This document shows positions 29,520-40,435 of a stretch of 64,000 nucleotides of DNA, in pieces. Location of the stretch: positions 704,001 through 768,000 of the forward strand of contig CAWHFW010000002.1 of NCBI GenBank assembly GCA_963828735.1, given 5' to 3'. How positions within the stretch are numbered: position 1 is the first letter of the stretch; each line of letters begins with the position of its first letter. Below the pieces are notes generated by a model that searched no databases, was not told where the DNA came from, and saw only the letters and a program-made list of their open reading frames with translations. Position numbers and translations under genes: made by a program. The DNA comes from an uncultured Gemmatimonadales bacterium. GTDB taxonomy: Bacteria; Gemmatimonadota; Gemmatimonadetes; Gemmatimonadales; GWC2-71-9.

Positions 29520-30336
29520 CGCCTAAAGTGAGTGTGGTCACGACCGTCTACAACGGGGAGCCCTACGTCGACCGCGCCATCCCCGGCATCCTCGGGCAGA
29601 CGTTCAAGGACTTCGAATGGGTCCTCGTGAATGACGGCTCGCAGGATCGCACAGGAGAGATTCTGGACGAGCTGGCGCGCCGTGACCCGCGGGTGCGGGT
29701 CTTCTCGCCCGGTCGCCTCGGCATCTCGGCGGCAGCCAACTACGGCGTCGGCCAGGCGAGGGGGAATACATCGCCCGCCAGGACTTCGACGACCGCAGCT
29801 ATCCGGACCGGCTGCGGCTGCAGGTGGAGGCCCTGGACGCGGATCCGAAGCTGGGGGTGGTGGGCGGGCAGTACGTGCTGGTGGACGAGAATCGGAATGA
29901 ACGGTATGTGAGGATCCCGCCTGCCGAGCACTCCGCGATCGTGGCATCGATGGCGAAAGGCATTCCCTTCGCGAATACGCTCGTCGCCTTCCGCCGGCAG
30001 GCCTGGACCGAGGTCGGCGGGTACCCCGACGTGGCCGATCTCGAAGACTTGCTGCTCTGGATCAAGATCGCGAACCGGGGATGGCGGTTTGGCTCCATCT
30101 CAGAGCCGCTGGGCGAGCACTTCGTCCACCCCGCCAGCTTCTTTCACCGTTCCTTCAAATATGCGCAACGGCAGCGGGGGCTCGCGAAGGTGCAGGCACA
30201 GGCCGTTCGCGAGCTCGGACTTCCGAGTTGGATGCACGTGTTCGCGCTCGGACGATACGCCTATGCATACTGTCCAACGATCCTGAAGCGCGCGATGCGC
30301 CGCGTGCTCGCCGGCTCACAGGAGCGGGACTTCTGA
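29516..30336 (+). pseudogene. glycosyltransferase family 2, frameshifted at G-tract 29760-29764
   Basis: VSVVTTVYNGE...VNDGSQD...ARG continues as EYIARQDFDD in another frame; one G missing. Confidence 0.85.
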
Positions 30337-30425
30337 TCGTTCAGGGTCGAACCCGCAGACTCTGACTTGGGTCAGGCCCCGAGCGTGCCGGCCCTCTGAG
30401 GCGGGTGGTCAGGCGTGGCAGTCCG

Positions 30426-31592
30426 TCAGAGAGATGTGCGGCCCGCGACTTGGGCAAACGGCCTCGGGGACGGCAATGTGATCCCCTTGCGGGCCGAGGC
30501 CTCTCGATAGACCTCCTCCCATTGCTCGACCACCCGGGCCAGCCCGTACCGCGCTCCAACATGATCCCTTCCGCGGGCGCCCAGCCTCTCCCGCTCGCCG
30601 GCCGGTAGCTCCATCACACGCGTCATGGCCGACGCGAGCTTCTGGTGGTCCCGCGGGGCGACCAGAAAGCCCGTCTCGCCGTCCAGCACGGCCTCGGCGT
30701 TGCCGCCTACGTTCGTCGTGACGACAGGGAGGCCGCTCGCCGAAGCCTCGAGCAGCACCATGGGGAGCCCTTCCCACGCCGACGACATCACATAGCCATC
30801 CGCCGCGTTGAGCAGCGCGGGGACGTCGTCGCGAACGCCGAGAAAGCGAACCGCGGAGTCGAGATGGAGCTCGCGCGCCAGCGCCTCGGTCTCGTCCTGC
30901 AAGGCGCCCCGTCCCGCCAGCAGCAGCACGGTCTCCGGATGCCGCTGCCGCACGAGGGCGAAAGCGCGCAGCATGTTGGGGTAGTCCTTCGCGATCTCGA
31001 ACCGTCCCACCGCGAGCCACGCAAACGCCTGGCCGACGCCCAAGTCCTGCCGCACCCGGTCCCGGAACCCGGCGGGCTGCCGGTAGAGCGCGGAGTCCAC
31101 GCCGTTCGCAACGACCCGAAGAAGGTGTGGAGGAACGATTCCCTCGCGAACGAAGCGCTCGGCGGCGGCCTCGCTGATGATGGTCATGTGATCGACCAGA
31201 CCATTCGTCAGCCGGTACGCGCCCATCAGCAGCCAGCCGCCCTCGTAGATGTTGTGAATGGTGGAGACGAGGACCGGTACCGGCGCGACGAGCCGGACCG
31301 CACGCGCCATGAGGTTGGCGTGAACCATGTGGCTGTGCAGCACGTCCGGACGCCAGGCGCGGATCAGCCGGGCGAGCTGCAGCAGGCCTCGAGGGTCCGG
31401 AATGCCCCGCGGCATCTCGAGGGACGTCGTCGGGATCCCGAGGTCCCGCGCCCGCAGGCCCATTGGGCCGAGGGTCGTCAGCGAGACAATCTGCACCTCG
31501 TGACCGCGTGCCAGAAACTCCTGAGCCGCGGCGAGCAGCTGGCTGTCCGCGCCGCCCATTCCCATGCTCGAGGACAGAAACACGATCTTCAT
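30426..31592 (-). CDS. glycosyltransferase family 4
   Basis: GGADSQL, VGRFEIAKDY, SSAWEGLPMVLLEASA. Confidence 0.92.
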   Translation of the reverse strand: MKIVFLSSSMGMGGADSQLLAAAQEFLARGHEVQIVSLTTLGPMGLRARDLGIPTTSLEMPRGIPDPRGLLQLARLIRAWRPDVLHSHMVHANLMARAVRLVAPVPVLVSTIHNIYEGGWLLMGAYRLTNGLVDHMTIISEAAAERFVREGIVPPHLLRVVANGVDSALYRQPAGFRDRVRQDLGVGQAFAWLAVGRFEIAKDYPNMLRAFALVRQRHPETVLLLAGRGALQDETEALARELHLDSAVRFLGVRDDVPALLNAADGYVMSSAWEGLPMVLLEASASGLPVVTTNVGGNAEAVLDGETGFLVAPRDHQKLASAMTRVMELPAGERERLGARGRDHVGARYGLARVVEQWEEVYREASARKGITLPSPRPFAQVAGRTSL

Positions 31593-31611
31593 CGCCGGCC
31601 GTCCCGGTGCG

Positions 31612-32868
31612 TCATCTCCTCGGGCCCATCCCGAGGCGTCCCCCGACGGGTCTCGGCGGGTGGGACCCGGCGACCACCGGCGGTTCCCACATGGCGGGAT
31701 CCGGGCTCCCGCGCTCGAGGGACAGCTTCTGGCGCACGAGCATGGGCGTGGAGAACCCGACCAGCCATGCGGTCACGAACCAGACCTGCTTCTGATCCTC
31801 CCACGAGAGCGGGAGCATGGCCATGGTCAGAGTCGCCATGAGAATGAGCGCGAATCGTCGCTCGGGATTTGGCAGTCGCAGAATGGAGAAAAAGACCGAC
31901 GCGATCATCGTGGTGTACAGCACAAGTCCCACGATCCCCTCTTCGACGAGCACGGACAGGTACGAGTTGTGGGCCACATTGGCGTCGGGTCCGACTTCGG
32001 GTGTGATCGCTGCCCTAAACGACCCGACGCCGTAGCCCATCATCGGTCTTCGCGCGAACGCGTGAACACCCGCCCTCCAGAGCCTGAATCGTCCCCCGAA
32101 ATCGACATTCTCCACCGACGATCCGGTCGTGCCGAGTCGCTGTGCGACCTTGTCGGGCAGGTACACCACCACGAGGGTGGCGGACACGGCCAGCAGTCCG
32201 ATCGCGGCAGCGAGCCTGCCAGGCGACAGCACCATCGTGAGGGGGATGATCGAGAGCGCAACGATCCACGCCAACATACCTCCGCGGGAGCCCGTGAGCG
32301 CCGAAGCCAGCAGGCCGATCGGCAGATAGGCACGCAACAGGGTCCGAACCAGGGGTCGCTGCGTGGTCATGGCGAGGTACCACGCCATCGGCATTGCGAG
32401 CGCCAGGGTCATCGCGAGGCTGTTGGCGTCCGCACCCCCCGCGGAGAACCGCCGCAGCGAACCGCCCACCTTCGCGTACAGCATGATCGTGGCGATGGCG
32501 GGGACCGTGGCGCCCATCACGTACGCCATCAGGAGCCCGCGCAGCCGTTGCGGCGTCGGCGCGAGCTCCCAGATCATCCAGACCACCGCGAAGAGCTGGA
32601 TGAACGTGAAGTACTTCAGCGGGATCGTCGTGCCGCCCTGGACGAACCACACCTCGAAACCGGCCCACAGCATGAACAGCAGCCCCGCGATCTGGAAGAG
32701 ACGCCACCGCCGGACCCGTCCCGAGACGACAATGGCGAAGATCGCGAGCCCGAGGGCCAGCCCACCGGTCAACTTGGTGACGATGTTGACGCCCGGCAGA
32801 GCGATGAGCCTGTCCCATGGCACCGCGAAAACGAAAATCCACAGCGCGCGATAGGCGATGGTTGTCAT
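31612..32868 (-). CDS. O-antigen ligase / Wzy-like polymerase
   Basis: LTGSRGG, GRFRLW, GYGVGSF, AHNSYLSVLVEEGIVG. Confidence 0.88.
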   Translation of the reverse strand: MTTIAYRALWIFVFAVPWDRLIALPGVNIVTKLTGGLALGLAIFAIVVSGRVRRWRLFQIAGLLFMLWAGFEVWFVQGGTTIPLKYFTFIQLFAVVWMIWELAPTPQRLRGLLMAYVMGATVPAIATIMLYAKVGGSLRRFSAGGADANSLAMTLALAMPMAWYLAMTTQRPLVRTLLRAYLPIGLLASALTGSRGGMLAWIVALSIIPLTMVLSPGRLAAAIGLLAVSATLVVVYLPDKVAQRLGTTGSSVENVDFGGRFRLWRAGVHAFARRPMMGYGVGSFRAAITPEVGPDANVAHNSYLSVLVEEGIVGLVLYTTMIASVFFSILRLPNPERRFALILMATLTMAMLPLSWEDQKQVWFVTAWLVGFSTPMLVRQKLSLERGSPDPAMWEPPVVAGSHPPRPVGGRLGMGPRR

Positions 32869-32914
32869 ACACGCGCTCCCGGCCGTGGGCGAACCGAGCG
32901 ACGTCGGGCGTTCG

Positions 32915-34543
32915 TCACTTCGAGCTCCCTCCGCCGACGCCGGCCATTTCCCCCTCCTCGACAGACGCGGCGCGAGCGCCTCGACGAGCGCCACGCGACA
33001 CCAGTTCCTTGGCCTGACGCTGCGCCCATATGCCATGCGGCCCCAGGAACACCGCGGGGTACAGCCAAGCCGCCGCTGCGGTGGCGGCCAACGCTGCCAG
33101 CGCCGCGACGAGGAGGACCGGGATGTGGCCCAGATGGGCCCAGCGGCCGGCTTCCGCGCCCACCTCCGCGGCGACCCCGATGAGCACGGCCAGGAGCATG
33201 CCGGGCGTGTGCGCCACGAGGAAGCGCACCCACGTGAGGCCCGTCACCGAGCGGCCCAAGTAGGCGGTATTGAGCCAGTCGCACGCCATCGCGAAGGACA
33301 CGCAGATGGCGACGCCGCCGACGCCCCAGCGCTGTCCGATGATCGCTCCGCCGACCACCAGGCCCGCGTAGACGAACTGGAAAAGGGCCAGGGCGTAGAC
33401 CTGGCCGGTCGCCTTGATGCAGGCCTGGCTGATCTTGCTGCCCATCCGGAAGAGCAGGCTGATCGTGAACAGGCGGAAGGGCAGCACGACCTCTCCCCAG
33501 GCGGGCCCGAGCACGATCGGGATGAACTCCGGCGCGACCACCCAGAGGAACGCGCTGGTCGGAAGCGACACCAGGGCGACGACCGCGACGGCGCGCTCGT
33601 AGGCGTTGACGAGGCGGTGACGCTCGTTCTGCACCTGGGCCATTACCGGGAACAGCACCCGGTTCACGATTCGGCCGAACACGGTGGCGGGCATCACCAT
33701 CAGGTTGTAGGCGCGTCCGTAGATCCCGAGGGGCGCCGGGCCCAGCCAACGGCCGACGACCATGTTGTCGCCCTGCTGGGAGAGCAGTGTGCCGATCTGG
33801 GCCATCGAATGCCCGGCGCCGAAGCTCAGCAGTCCCTTTCCCGCCCGGAGATCGAGACTGGGCCGGAGGGTGTGCCGGACGGCGAGATACATGGCGAGCG
33901 TCCGGAGGGACAGCTGCGCGAGGTTCGCGATCACCAGCGCCCAGACCCCGAATCCGAGCCATGCCAGCACCACGGCCACGCAGGCGTACCCGACGATGAA
34001 GCTGCCGACGTCCAGGGCGATGAACAGCCGGAAACGCAGCTGTCGGGTGAGGAGGGACTTCGCGACCGTGTTGAGCCCGTCGAGCGGGAAGAGGAAGGCG
34101 ACGGCGCGAAGAATCGGCTCGAGCTCGGGGATGTGATACGCCTTCGCGATCGCCGGCGCACCGAAGAACACCGCCGCCCCCAGGAGGCCGCCAAGGACCA
34201 TCGACAGCGTCACCGCCACGCGGATGTGAACGGTCTCCAGCTTCTTCCGCTGAATGATCGCGGGTCCGACGCCGATCTGGGACACGATCTGCGAGAAGGC
34301 GACGACCACGCTCGCGGCCGACATCAAGCCGAACTCGGTGGGCGTGAGCAGGCGTCCCAGCGCCATGATGGCGACGAGCTGCACGGCCGCCTGGACCCCG
34401 GTACCCGAGAACGTCCAGAACATCCCGCCGAGGGCGCGGCCGGTGAGCCCGGGGCGGGCGCCGGCAGTCGGCCGATTCGGCCGTGGAGGCGGCTCGCCCG
34501 GCCCCTTCGTGTCGAGGTCGTCCATGCCGCTGTCCGAAGTCAT
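32915..34543 (-). CDS. Wzx-type polysaccharide flippase
   Basis: LGRLLTPTEFGL, GVGPAIIQ, GFGVWALV, LGIYGRAY. Confidence 0.9.
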   Translation of the reverse strand: MTSDSGMDDLDTKGPGEPPPRPNRPTAGARPGLTGRALGGMFWTFSGTGVQAAVQLVAIMALGRLLTPTEFGLMSAASVVVAFSQIVSQIGVGPAIIQRKKLETVHIRVAVTLSMVLGGLLGAAVFFGAPAIAKAYHIPELEPILRAVAFLFPLDGLNTVAKSLLTRQLRFRLFIALDVGSFIVGYACVAVVLAWLGFGVWALVIANLAQLSLRTLAMYLAVRHTLRPSLDLRAGKGLLSFGAGHSMAQIGTLLSQQGDNMVVGRWLGPAPLGIYGRAYNLMVMPATVFGRIVNRVLFPVMAQVQNERHRLVNAYERAVAVVALVSLPTSAFLWVVAPEFIPIVLGPAWGEVVLPFRLFTISLLFRMGSKISQACIKATGQVYALALFQFVYAGLVVGGAIIGQRWGVGGVAICVSFAMACDWLNTAYLGRSVTGLTWVRFLVAHTPGMLLAVLIGVAAEVGAEAGRWAHLGHIPVLLVAALAALAATAAAAWLYPAVFLGPHGIWAQRQAKELVSRGARRGARAASVEEGEMAGVGGGSSK

Positions 34544-34619
34544 CGACCATTCCTCGTCTGAACCGGCGTCATGGCTGGAATCATGAAGGTGGCGTGGAGG
34601 TGGGTGTCGGGTGCGGCGC

Positions 34620-35540
34620 TCAGCGCGTCACGGACCTGGGGACGTCCTCGCCCAGGCGAGACACCTCGTAGCCGTAGCGCACCAGGTCCTCGTGCAGGAG
34701 CCCGTCGAGGATTCGCTGTTGGGCGACGGTGAGACCGTCCCGCCACCGCTCGTTCGTATTCCTGATCGGGGCGGCGGCGATTTCCCGCTCGAATGCCGGC
34801 GGGCTCGGCAGCTCCGAGAATTCGAGGACCTGGCGAACGGTCTCCAGCGGGCGCTCGCAGAAGGCCTCGTACTTGATCTCGAGAAACTGCGACGGATCCA
34901 GCGCTCGCCGCGCGGCCTCCATTGCCCGCATCTGAATGCGCCACTCGATGGCCGCCAGCGCCACGAACGAACGGTCGTAACTCTCCCAGGCCGCGAGATC
35001 CTCCGCCGACAACTGCCCGGCCCTCCAGCCCTGCGGCCCCCGCCATCCGCGCCAAAAATCGACGTGCAGCAGCGAGTTGGCCACCGCGCGGCCGTCGCGG
35101 ACCAGATGAATGAACTTCGCGTCCTCGAAGATCTCGTTGAGATAGCCCAGGCGTGGCCAGCCCGTGATCTTGATCAAGAGACGATGGCGGGAGGCCGTCA
35201 GCATCGACTCCATCACGCCCCGGACCTGCTTCTTCACCCGGGTGGTGACGTCGGCGCGAACCAGATCGCGGCAAGGCTCGGAAAAGCCGAACGCATGCCG
35301 ATCCCAGAAGTCGTAGCACTCCCCCGGCTGGATCTTCCAGCCGAGGAAGCGGCGCAGCAGCGGGTTGCCCATCGCCTCGACCGCACGCCGGTTCCATTCG
35401 GGCCGCGTGGGGTAGTGATCGCAGAATCCCGAGAGCCACATCACACCGGGATGCTTGGCCAAGAGCCGGTGAAACACGGTCGAGCCGCACCGCCCGGTCC
35501 CCACGATGATGATGGGCTTGGTGAGCTTCGTCGTCGTCAC
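34620..35540 (-). CDS. sulfotransferase
   Basis: PIIIVGTGRCGST 5'-PSB loop; FIHLVRDGRAVANS 3'-PB motif. Confidence 0.9.
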   Translation of the reverse strand: MTTTKLTKPIIIVGTGRCGSTVFHRLLAKHPGVMWLSGFCDHYPTRPEWNRRAVEAMGNPLLRRFLGWKIQPGECYDFWDRHAFGFSEPCRDLVRADVTTRVKKQVRGVMESMLTASRHRLLIKITGWPRLGYLNEIFEDAKFIHLVRDGRAVANSLLHVDFWRGWRGPQGWRAGQLSAEDLAAWESYDRSFVALAAIEWRIQMRAMEAARRALDPSQFLEIKYEAFCERPLETVRQVLEFSELPSPPAFEREIAAAPIRNTNERWRDGLTVAQQRILDGLLHEDLVRYGYEVSRLGEDVPRSVTR

Positions 35541-36544
35541 GCCGGCACCCGGGGGGCGTGGGGGGATTTGGCGCGGTCTTCGACCGCGCCGTCCGGCCAA
35601 CGGAACCCCAGCGTCCGGCTGACGGGTCCCGTGATCCGGGTGATGACCTCCAGCTCGCCCGGGCTGAGACGCGTTTGCCACGAGAGGTCTTCACGAATCT
35701 CGTTCAGGGCCTTCAACCGCATCGGATTCCCGATGACGTGCCGATTGCCGTCACGAGGGTTCAGGTTCAGCGTGGCCGGTCCGACGCCCAGGAACGCGGA
35801 GATGCGGTCGAGCGTGGCGCCGGGGTCGGCACACAGCTCCTCGTAGTGCAGCATCATCCAGGACTCTGGCGGAAGGTATCGCCGAACCCGTGCCGCCTCC
35901 CTGTTGTAGTGCGTCCACTGGCGGGCCGCCGTCGCTGCATCCAGGCCCGCGTGCTTCATGATGCTCGCCGAATTCCCGCGCGCATCCCGGACGAGATGGA
36001 TGACCTTGACGTCGAGGCGCGGATGCCGCACCAGATACTTGGGGCGCTGGTGATCCCGCGCCGTGTCCACGAAGACGCGCTTCCCGGTCCGCTCGAGTAC
36101 GGCCGTGGCCAGGCTCCAGGTATTCCAGCCGGCCTGCTCGATGGCGCGACGGACGGGCCCTACCTTGTCCACCAGGGCATCCCGAACGGCGTTCACGCGA
36201 TCGGAACCGAGCGAACGAACGAGCAGCGCGTTGATCGCGCGGTTGTGGGACAGCCGGAGCTGCGTGTTCCAGAAGTTGGTCCGAAAGACGCTCACCGGGT
36301 GGCCGAGCGCCGCCGTCCTGGCCTCGATCTGCCTCCAGAACTCACACTCCCGGAACAGGGCTCCGCACGAGCACGCGTAGGTCACCAGGTCGGTCTTCTT
36401 GATCAGACCGGTCGCCGCGCCGATCGACGCACATTCCGGGTGCCGGTCGAGCAGCAAGCCCAACAGGGTCGATCCCGTGAACGGACTACCGGGCATGCAG
36501 ACGTAGGAAATACGCCGCGCGTCAGGCCCTGCTGCGTCGGTCAC
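35537..36544 (-). CDS. sulfotransferase
   Basis: GSPFTGSTLL; VIHLVRDARG; HYEELCADP. Confidence 0.85.
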   Translation of the reverse strand: MTDAAGPDARRISYVCMPGSPFTGSTLLGLLLDRHPECASIGAATGLIKKTDLVTYACSCGALFRECEFWRQIEARTAALGHPVSVFRTNFWNTQLRLSHNRAINALLVRSLGSDRVNAVRDALVDKVGPVRRAIEQAGWNTWSLATAVLERTGKRVFVDTARDHQRPKYLVRHPRLDVKVIHLVRDARGNSASIMKHAGLDAATAARQWTHYNREAARVRRYLPPESWMMLHYEELCADPGATLDRISAFLGVGPATLNLNPRDGNRHVIGNPMRLKALNEIREDLSWQTRLSPGELEVITRITGPVSRTLGFRWPDGAVEDRAKSPHAPRVPA

Positions 36545-36819
36545 AAAAGCCAAGTGCGGGGATCCTTCCCAAAGTTGAGTGCACCGCCGAAATCGCCTGG
36601 GAGGAGCCCCCCACCTCTCGGCCCGGCGGGGGCCCATCCACGGCGGCGCAAGCACGATCTATGCCCCGGGGGCGTATCAAGATAACCCTCCCCCCACCCC
36701 AGCCCGGAGCGCGATGCCGGAGACACCGTGTTGGCCTGATGTTGCGCGCCTGCAACAGGGTGCGACCTCAGGCCGGGACTTGCCGACCGGTGAGCCGTCG
36801 AAGCCGGTGGCTTGTCAGG

Positions 36820-37695
36820 CTATAGCCAATCGTCGAGACTCCGGCCGATGAGGTCGGAGGTTCGCAGGATGTCGTCCCGAAACTGGGCCGTCAGCTCGGC
36901 CCTGAGATCCTTGGGGAGACTGGGGAGGGGACGCATGGTCCGCGTGCGAAGTCGTCGAACCCAGTTGATCACCCGCTTCGGCATCCACGGCTCCAGGGCG
37001 GAGCGCACCGCGGAGCTCGTGAACACCTTCTCGAGCACGGGGCTCGCCGGGTCGCCGCCCACGTTGTGCGGGGTATCGAAGTCGGGCGAGAACGAAGGAT
37101 CCACTCCGATGAACCGATACAACTCCTGGACGGCCCCTACGGCATTTCGCTTGAGATCGCCCGTGAGCATGACATGGAGCTGCGGCCGCGGAAAACGCTC
37201 GTAGTACCGCAGGAGCTGGGGGTGGTATCGACCCAGCTGCATCCAGCGGGAGTCCGGCCGGGCCCAGTCCGCCGTGCGGCTCAGGTCGCGCGCCGGATCG
37301 AAGGGGCGGTTGCGTCGCCTGATGTACATCAGGTAGTCCGAGAACGCCCGGTCGACCGGGTGCCGAAGGGTGCAGACGAGCCTCACGTCGGGAATCAGGC
37401 TTCGGATCCGGTCGGCGGACTGCGGACATTCGAGGTAGATGGGCGATGCTTCGCCGATCGCGACCGCCCCCGACGCGTCCGAGAACAGCGCCTCGTATTC
37501 GGGCAGGGTCGTGATCGGGAACCGGTGGACATCCGGATCACCGTACAGGAGGTTCCCCAACGCGTCGCGTCCGTACGCGAAATAAAAGGTCTCCTTCACC
37601 GGGCTCATGAACACGGAAGGGTGCTCGGCGCAATACCAGTACAGGGCCGTGGTGCCGGCCTTCGCCGCCCCGATGATGATGAACGTCGGCAGCAT
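36820..37695 (-). CDS. sulfotransferase
   Basis: FIIIGAAKAGTTAL, KETFYF, GEASP.Y, LRHPVDRAFS; GGAGGAG RBS. Confidence 0.92.
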   Translation of the reverse strand: MLPTFIIIGAAKAGTTALYWYCAEHPSVFMSPVKETFYFAYGRDALGNLLYGDPDVHRFPITTLPEYEALFSDASGAVAIGEASPIYLECPQSADRIRSLIPDVRLVCTLRHPVDRAFSDYLMYIRRRNRPFDPARDLSRTADWARPDSRWMQLGRYHPQLLRYYERFPRPQLHVMLTGDLKRNAVGAVQELYRFIGVDPSFSPDFDTPHNVGGDPASPVLEKVFTSSAVRSALEPWMPKRVINWVRRLRTRTMRPLPSLPKDLRAELTAQFRDDILRTSDLIGRSLDDWL

Positions 37696-37985
37696 CAAGA
37701 CTCCTCCAACGCTAGAAACACGCGCGTGGCCGCGGGCGAATGGCGCACCGCTCACCGCTCGCCCTCTTGCTGCCCCGCCAACCCGGCTCGTTTATATTCA
37801 TTCCCGTCCTCGTCGCTCTTACCCCTCGCTCCAGCTCGTTTCGAGCTCGCGGCAGCCATTGCCAGTCCGGTGGTGGCCAGGTATCCGCGGCGACCCGGCG
37901 GCAGGCAGGGGCTCCGAGTGCGACAGGGTATCCGCCCGTCTCCCGACGGAACTCGTGCATGGCGGCGAGAGAGTGAGGCACCATA

Positions 37986-38423
37986 GTGCGCAACAAGACG
38001 GCGATCTCCCTCTTCATCCTGCTCGTCCTCGCCCTGCATGCCGTCCCGGTGCTGTCCTACCAGGGCGTCCGGCAGACCCGCTGGCCGTTCTTGGCCTGGG
38101 CGATGTACGCAAAGTCCTATCCGCCGGGCCCGATCGTCGCCGCGATCCGCAAGGTCTTCGCGACCTCGGCGCTCGGCAAACACCAGGAAGTGACCCCACG
38201 GGTCGTGGGACTGAGCGGACCCGCCTTTCGGAACACGTACATGGTGCCGCTGGAGCGTGACGATACGATGGCGGCCAGGAAACTCATGGGCCGGCTCAAT
38301 CGCGAACGGCGGGACTCCGTCGTGCAGCTCCGGCTGGAGCTGACGCAATATAGACTCGTCGATAGCGGAGTCGCCGTGGACTCGGCGTCCGCCAAGGTCT
38401 TTCCACCCTCCTCCGACCGTTGA
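37986..38423 (+). CDS. hypothetical membrane-anchored protein
   Basis: N-terminal TM, WPFLAWAMY; stop overlaps next gene start. Confidence 0.65.
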   Translation: MRNKTAISLFILLVLALHAVPVLSYQGVRQTRWPFLAWAMYAKSYPPGPIVAAIRKVFATSALGKHQEVTPRVVGLSGPAFRNTYMVPLERDDTMAARKLMGRLNRERRDSVVQLRLELTQYRLVDSGVAVDSASAKVFPPSSDR

Positions 38424-39412
38424 GCACACCCCTACCATCGATGCAGCGGCTCATCACCTGGTGGAATGCGTATTGGTTTCCACCCTCCTCGACTCTGAAC
38501 CTGGCCGGCGCCCGAATCGTCGCCCTGGCTGTTGCGATGGTCGTCTCGTTCCCTTCCCTCGGGTACAACATCGGTTTGGCCGTCAAGAACTCGGATTTCG
38601 TCGATCCGCAGCCGTTGATCCGCGCGATCGCTGCCTTCGTTCCGCGGCACGTACTGTTCACGGCCGACGGTCTGACCGCGGTGTACCGGGTCAGCATGAT
38701 CGCTGGCGCGATGGCGCTCGTCGGCCTGTTCACGCGGACCGCGCTCTTCGTGTTCGCGCTCGGGTTCACCTTCTTCGTGAGTCACGTCTATTCCTACGCG
38801 GACGTGCACCACCGGGAGGCACTGCTCGTCTTTTTCCTGTTTTCCCTCGCGCTCGCGCCAGCAGGAGACAGCCTGTCGGTGGACGCCCTCCTCCGGCGTC
38901 GGCGGGCCCGACAACAGGGCCAGACGGTCGACGGCGTACACGTACTGGACACCGCCATGTGGCCGCTCAAGTTCATCCATGTGCTCCTGTCGATCACCTA
39001 CTTCTCGACCGGCATCACCAAGGTGATCGCGGGCGGCCTGCGCTGGATGAACGGCTACACGCTCCAGAACTACATCTTCATCACCGGCATCAATCGCGAG
39101 ATCCCCCTGGGCGTGTGGATGGCTGAGCACCACACCCTGTGCATCCTGCTCAGCGTGGGCACGTTGGTGTTCGAGCTGTTCTATTTCGTCTCACTGTTCC
39201 TGCCCCGAATCGCCCCCCTGTTCTTCATCGGCGGCATCCTGTTCCACGTTTCGCTCTATCTGACGGCGGGACACCCGTTCTTCGAGCACATCCTTCTGAA
39301 CGCCATTCTCCTCCTGTTTCTCGATCGGGAATGGTTCCCCGCGCAAGTGCGCCGGGTGTCCCCGCGCGTTCTCCGGCTCTTCGGGCAGGAGCCGGCTCGT
39401 CACCCGGCCTGA
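38420..39412 (+). CDS. HTTM-like multi-pass membrane protein
   Basis: LVGLFTR, DSLSVDA, YFSTGITK...WMNG, LVFELF, GILFH. Confidence 0.7.
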   Translation: MSTPLPSMQRLITWWNAYWFPPSSTLNLAGARIVALAVAMVVSFPSLGYNIGLAVKNSDFVDPQPLIRAIAAFVPRHVLFTADGLTAVYRVSMIAGAMALVGLFTRTALFVFALGFTFFVSHVYSYADVHHREALLVFFLFSLALAPAGDSLSVDALLRRRRARQQGQTVDGVHVLDTAMWPLKFIHVLLSITYFSTGITKVIAGGLRWMNGYTLQNYIFITGINREIPLGVWMAEHHTLCILLSVGTLVFELFYFVSLFLPRIAPLFFIGGILFHVSLYLTAGHPFFEHILLNAILLLFLDREWFPAQVRRVSPRVLRLFGQEPARHPA

Positions 39413-39451
39413 CGCCTGACGGCCAACCGAACCTTTCTTCTTCGAGCTCCC

Positions 39452-40360
39452 ATGGTAGCTGCACGGCCTAATTTCTTCATCGTTGGCGCGCCGAAGTGCG
39501 GGACGACGGCACTCTACGAGTACCTGCGCCCGCACCCGCAAATCTTCCTGCCGAGGCTCAAGGAGCCGCACTTCTTCGCCAAGGACCTAGGCACGTACCC
39601 CGCCGTCAAGACGCCGGAGGCCTATGCGGCGCTCTTCGCCGACGCCACCGCCCGCCATCTCAGGGTGGGCGAGGCGTCGGTCTACTACCTGCGCTCGTCG
39701 ACGGCGATTCCCAACATCCGCGAGTACAATCCCGACGCCAAGCTCATCGCCATGTTCCGGAACCCGGTCGACATGGTCTACTCGTTCCACTCGCAATTGC
39801 TTTACGTGTCACAGGAGAACGTCCGCGACTTCGAGACCGCCTGGCGCTTGCAAGGCCGGCGCAGCCAGGGATTGGACCTGCCGCGCCGCTCCCGTGGGGG
39901 CTTCCTGCTGCAATACGAGGACATGGGACGATTCGGCACTCAGGCTCGGCGGTTGCTGGCCACCTTCCCGGCAGCGCAGGTGAAGATCATCCTGTTCGAT
40001 GACTTTTCCGCCACCCCGCAGCTGGTCTACGACGAGATCATCGACTTCTTGGAGCTTCCCCACGACGGCCGCGCCCAGTTTCCCCGCATCAACGAGAACA
40101 AGCGGGCCCGAATGGCGTGGCTCAGGAAGCTCATGGTGAACCCGCCGTACAAGGCGCGTAGCGCGTACCGAAGCTTCAAGCAGGCGGTGGGCGGAAAGCA
40201 CCTCGACGCGACGAAACAGTGGCTCATCGACCGCATCACCGTGCGCGAGCGCCGCCCGCCGCTCTCGCCCGAGTTCCGCGCCGAGCTCGTCGAGACCTTC
40301 CGGGAGGAGGTCGCCCTGCTGTCGCAGCTTCTGAATCGAGACCTGAGCCACTGGTCCTAG
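39452..40360 (+). CDS. sulfotransferase
   Basis: PNFFIVGAPKCGTTAL, KEPHFF, GEASV.Y, RNPVD. Confidence 0.92.
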   Translation: MVAARPNFFIVGAPKCGTTALYEYLRPHPQIFLPRLKEPHFFAKDLGTYPAVKTPEAYAALFADATARHLRVGEASVYYLRSSTAIPNIREYNPDAKLIAMFRNPVDMVYSFHSQLLYVSQENVRDFETAWRLQGRRSQGLDLPRRSRGGFLLQYEDMGRFGTQARRLLATFPAAQVKIILFDDFSATPQLVYDEIIDFLELPHDGRAQFPRINENKRARMAWLRKLMVNPPYKARSAYRSFKQAVGGKHLDATKQWLIDRITVRERRPPLSPEFRAELVETFREEVALLSQLLNRDLSHWS

Positions 40361-40435
40361 CGCACTCGCTGCAGCCCGAACACCCTCCCAACGCGCGTCG
40401 CGCTTCACCCCCAGCTCCCCCCAAGGGAGCCCTGC

